Assembly (NCBI GenBank): GCA_030637135.1
Contig: DAOVVO010000002.1
Location: 1-33,676 of the forward strand
DNA length: 33,676 nt
From: Nitrospirota bacterium
GTDB lineage: Bacteria; Nitrospirota; Thermodesulfovibrionia; UBA6902; BMS3Bbin08
Reading direction: 5' to 3'
Shown here: positions 33,247 to 33,676 of the stretch, piece after piece
Layout: each line of letters starts with the position of its first letter
Position numbering within the stretch: the first letter of the stretch is position 1
Program-made: the position numbers and the translations under genes
Notes under the pieces: generated by a model
Databases searched by the model: none
What the model saw: the letters and a program-made list of their open reading frames with translations, nothing else
Told to the model about the DNA's origin: nothing

Positions 33247-33676
33247 TTGAAAGATAGAGAAAGAACCAAAGAACAACTTATAAAAGAATTGGAAAAGTTA
33301 TGGCAGACGAATGAGTTTCTCTCATTACTATTAGAATCTATGCCATTTGCTGTATATACATGCGAAGTTGGAGGAGATTTTGGAGCTAACTATATAAGCA
33401 AGAATATCACTACACTTACTGGTTATAAACCTGAAGATTTTACTTCTAACTCTGAATTCTGGATTGATAATGTTCACCCTGACGATAGAAAAAGAGTCAA
33501 TAACGAACTTGTTATTCTTTTAGCTAAAGGTCTTATTAAATATAAATACCGCTGGAGAGTTGCTGATGGTTCATACAAATGGTTTTACGACATAGCTAAG
33601 CTGATGAAATCACCAAGCGGCGAAACCAGCTATATTCTCGGTACATGGGTTGACATTACCGAACAAAAGCAGGCAG
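33247..33676 (+). CDS. PAS-domain sensor protein, 3'-truncated by the window edge
   Basis: The frame is open from 33202 to the end of the window. The likely start is TTG at 33247. The translation is ...LLLESMPFAVYTCEVGGDFGANYISKNITTLTGYKPEDFTSNSEFWIDNVHPDDRKRV...YRWRVADGSYKWFYDIAKLMKS..., a typical PAS fold. Confidence 0.7.
   Translation, partial: MKDRERTKEQLIKELEKLWQTNEFLSLLLESMPFAVYTCEVGGDFGANYISKNITTLTGYKPEDFTSNSEFWIDNVHPDDRKRVNNELVILLAKGLIKYKYRWRVADGSYKWFYDIAKLMKSPSGETSYILGTWVDITEQKQA

Overview
This is a 33.7-kb chromosomal window from an AT-rich diderm bacterium, judged from the Kdo/LPS, Lol and IHF genes. The gene content and the ihfA-merR-tRNA-Pro arrangement suggest a Nitrospirota- or Thermodesulfobacteriota-like lineage, but that is inference only. 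I support about 36 CDS, nearly all on the + strand from 3.1 kb onward, and most are housekeeping. They are: an NMO/FabK-like flavoenzyme, a PilZ protein, a TlpA-like thiol-disulfide oxidoreductase, gcvH-lpd, kdsA-kdsD-kdsC, pgsA-plsY, queC, coaE, an Slt-like lytic transglycosylase, ZapB-like/zapA, lysS, lolC/E-lolD, sixA, rmuC, an O-methyltransferase, a dGTPase-like HD protein, ihfA and a MerR regulator. There is also tRNA-Pro(GGG) and a 3'-truncated PAS sensor gene. No CRISPR array, rRNA, integrase, transposase or reverse transcriptase is visible. Six things are not explained by housekeeping. (1) An orphan tRNA-Ala/tmRNA-type 3' end (1713-1745, minus strand) has its own terminator and sits at the edge of about 0.9 kb of ORF-free DNA, which contains a G+C-rich block and long-range inverted repeats. 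(2) An uncharacterised locus at 22.6-27.2 kb holds a STAS-like/GHKL ATPase, a CxxCxxCC protein, a DUF4325-like STAS-wHTH protein and a DinG/XPD Fe-S helicase with HEAT repeats. This is my best candidate for an undescribed protein system. (3) A modular intergenic repeat family has three copies, at 13.0, 18.0 and 32.5 kb. (4) Tandem 17-18-nt repeats lie upstream of queC, and a 7-nt x4 repeat lies inside it. (5) A run of perfect stem-loops occupies 158-370. (6) The tRNA-Pro neighbourhood is scarred, with a 16-nt duplicate of the tRNA 5' end, a 24-bp perfect palindrome and a possible gene relic. All homology statements come from motif reading and memory. No database search was run.
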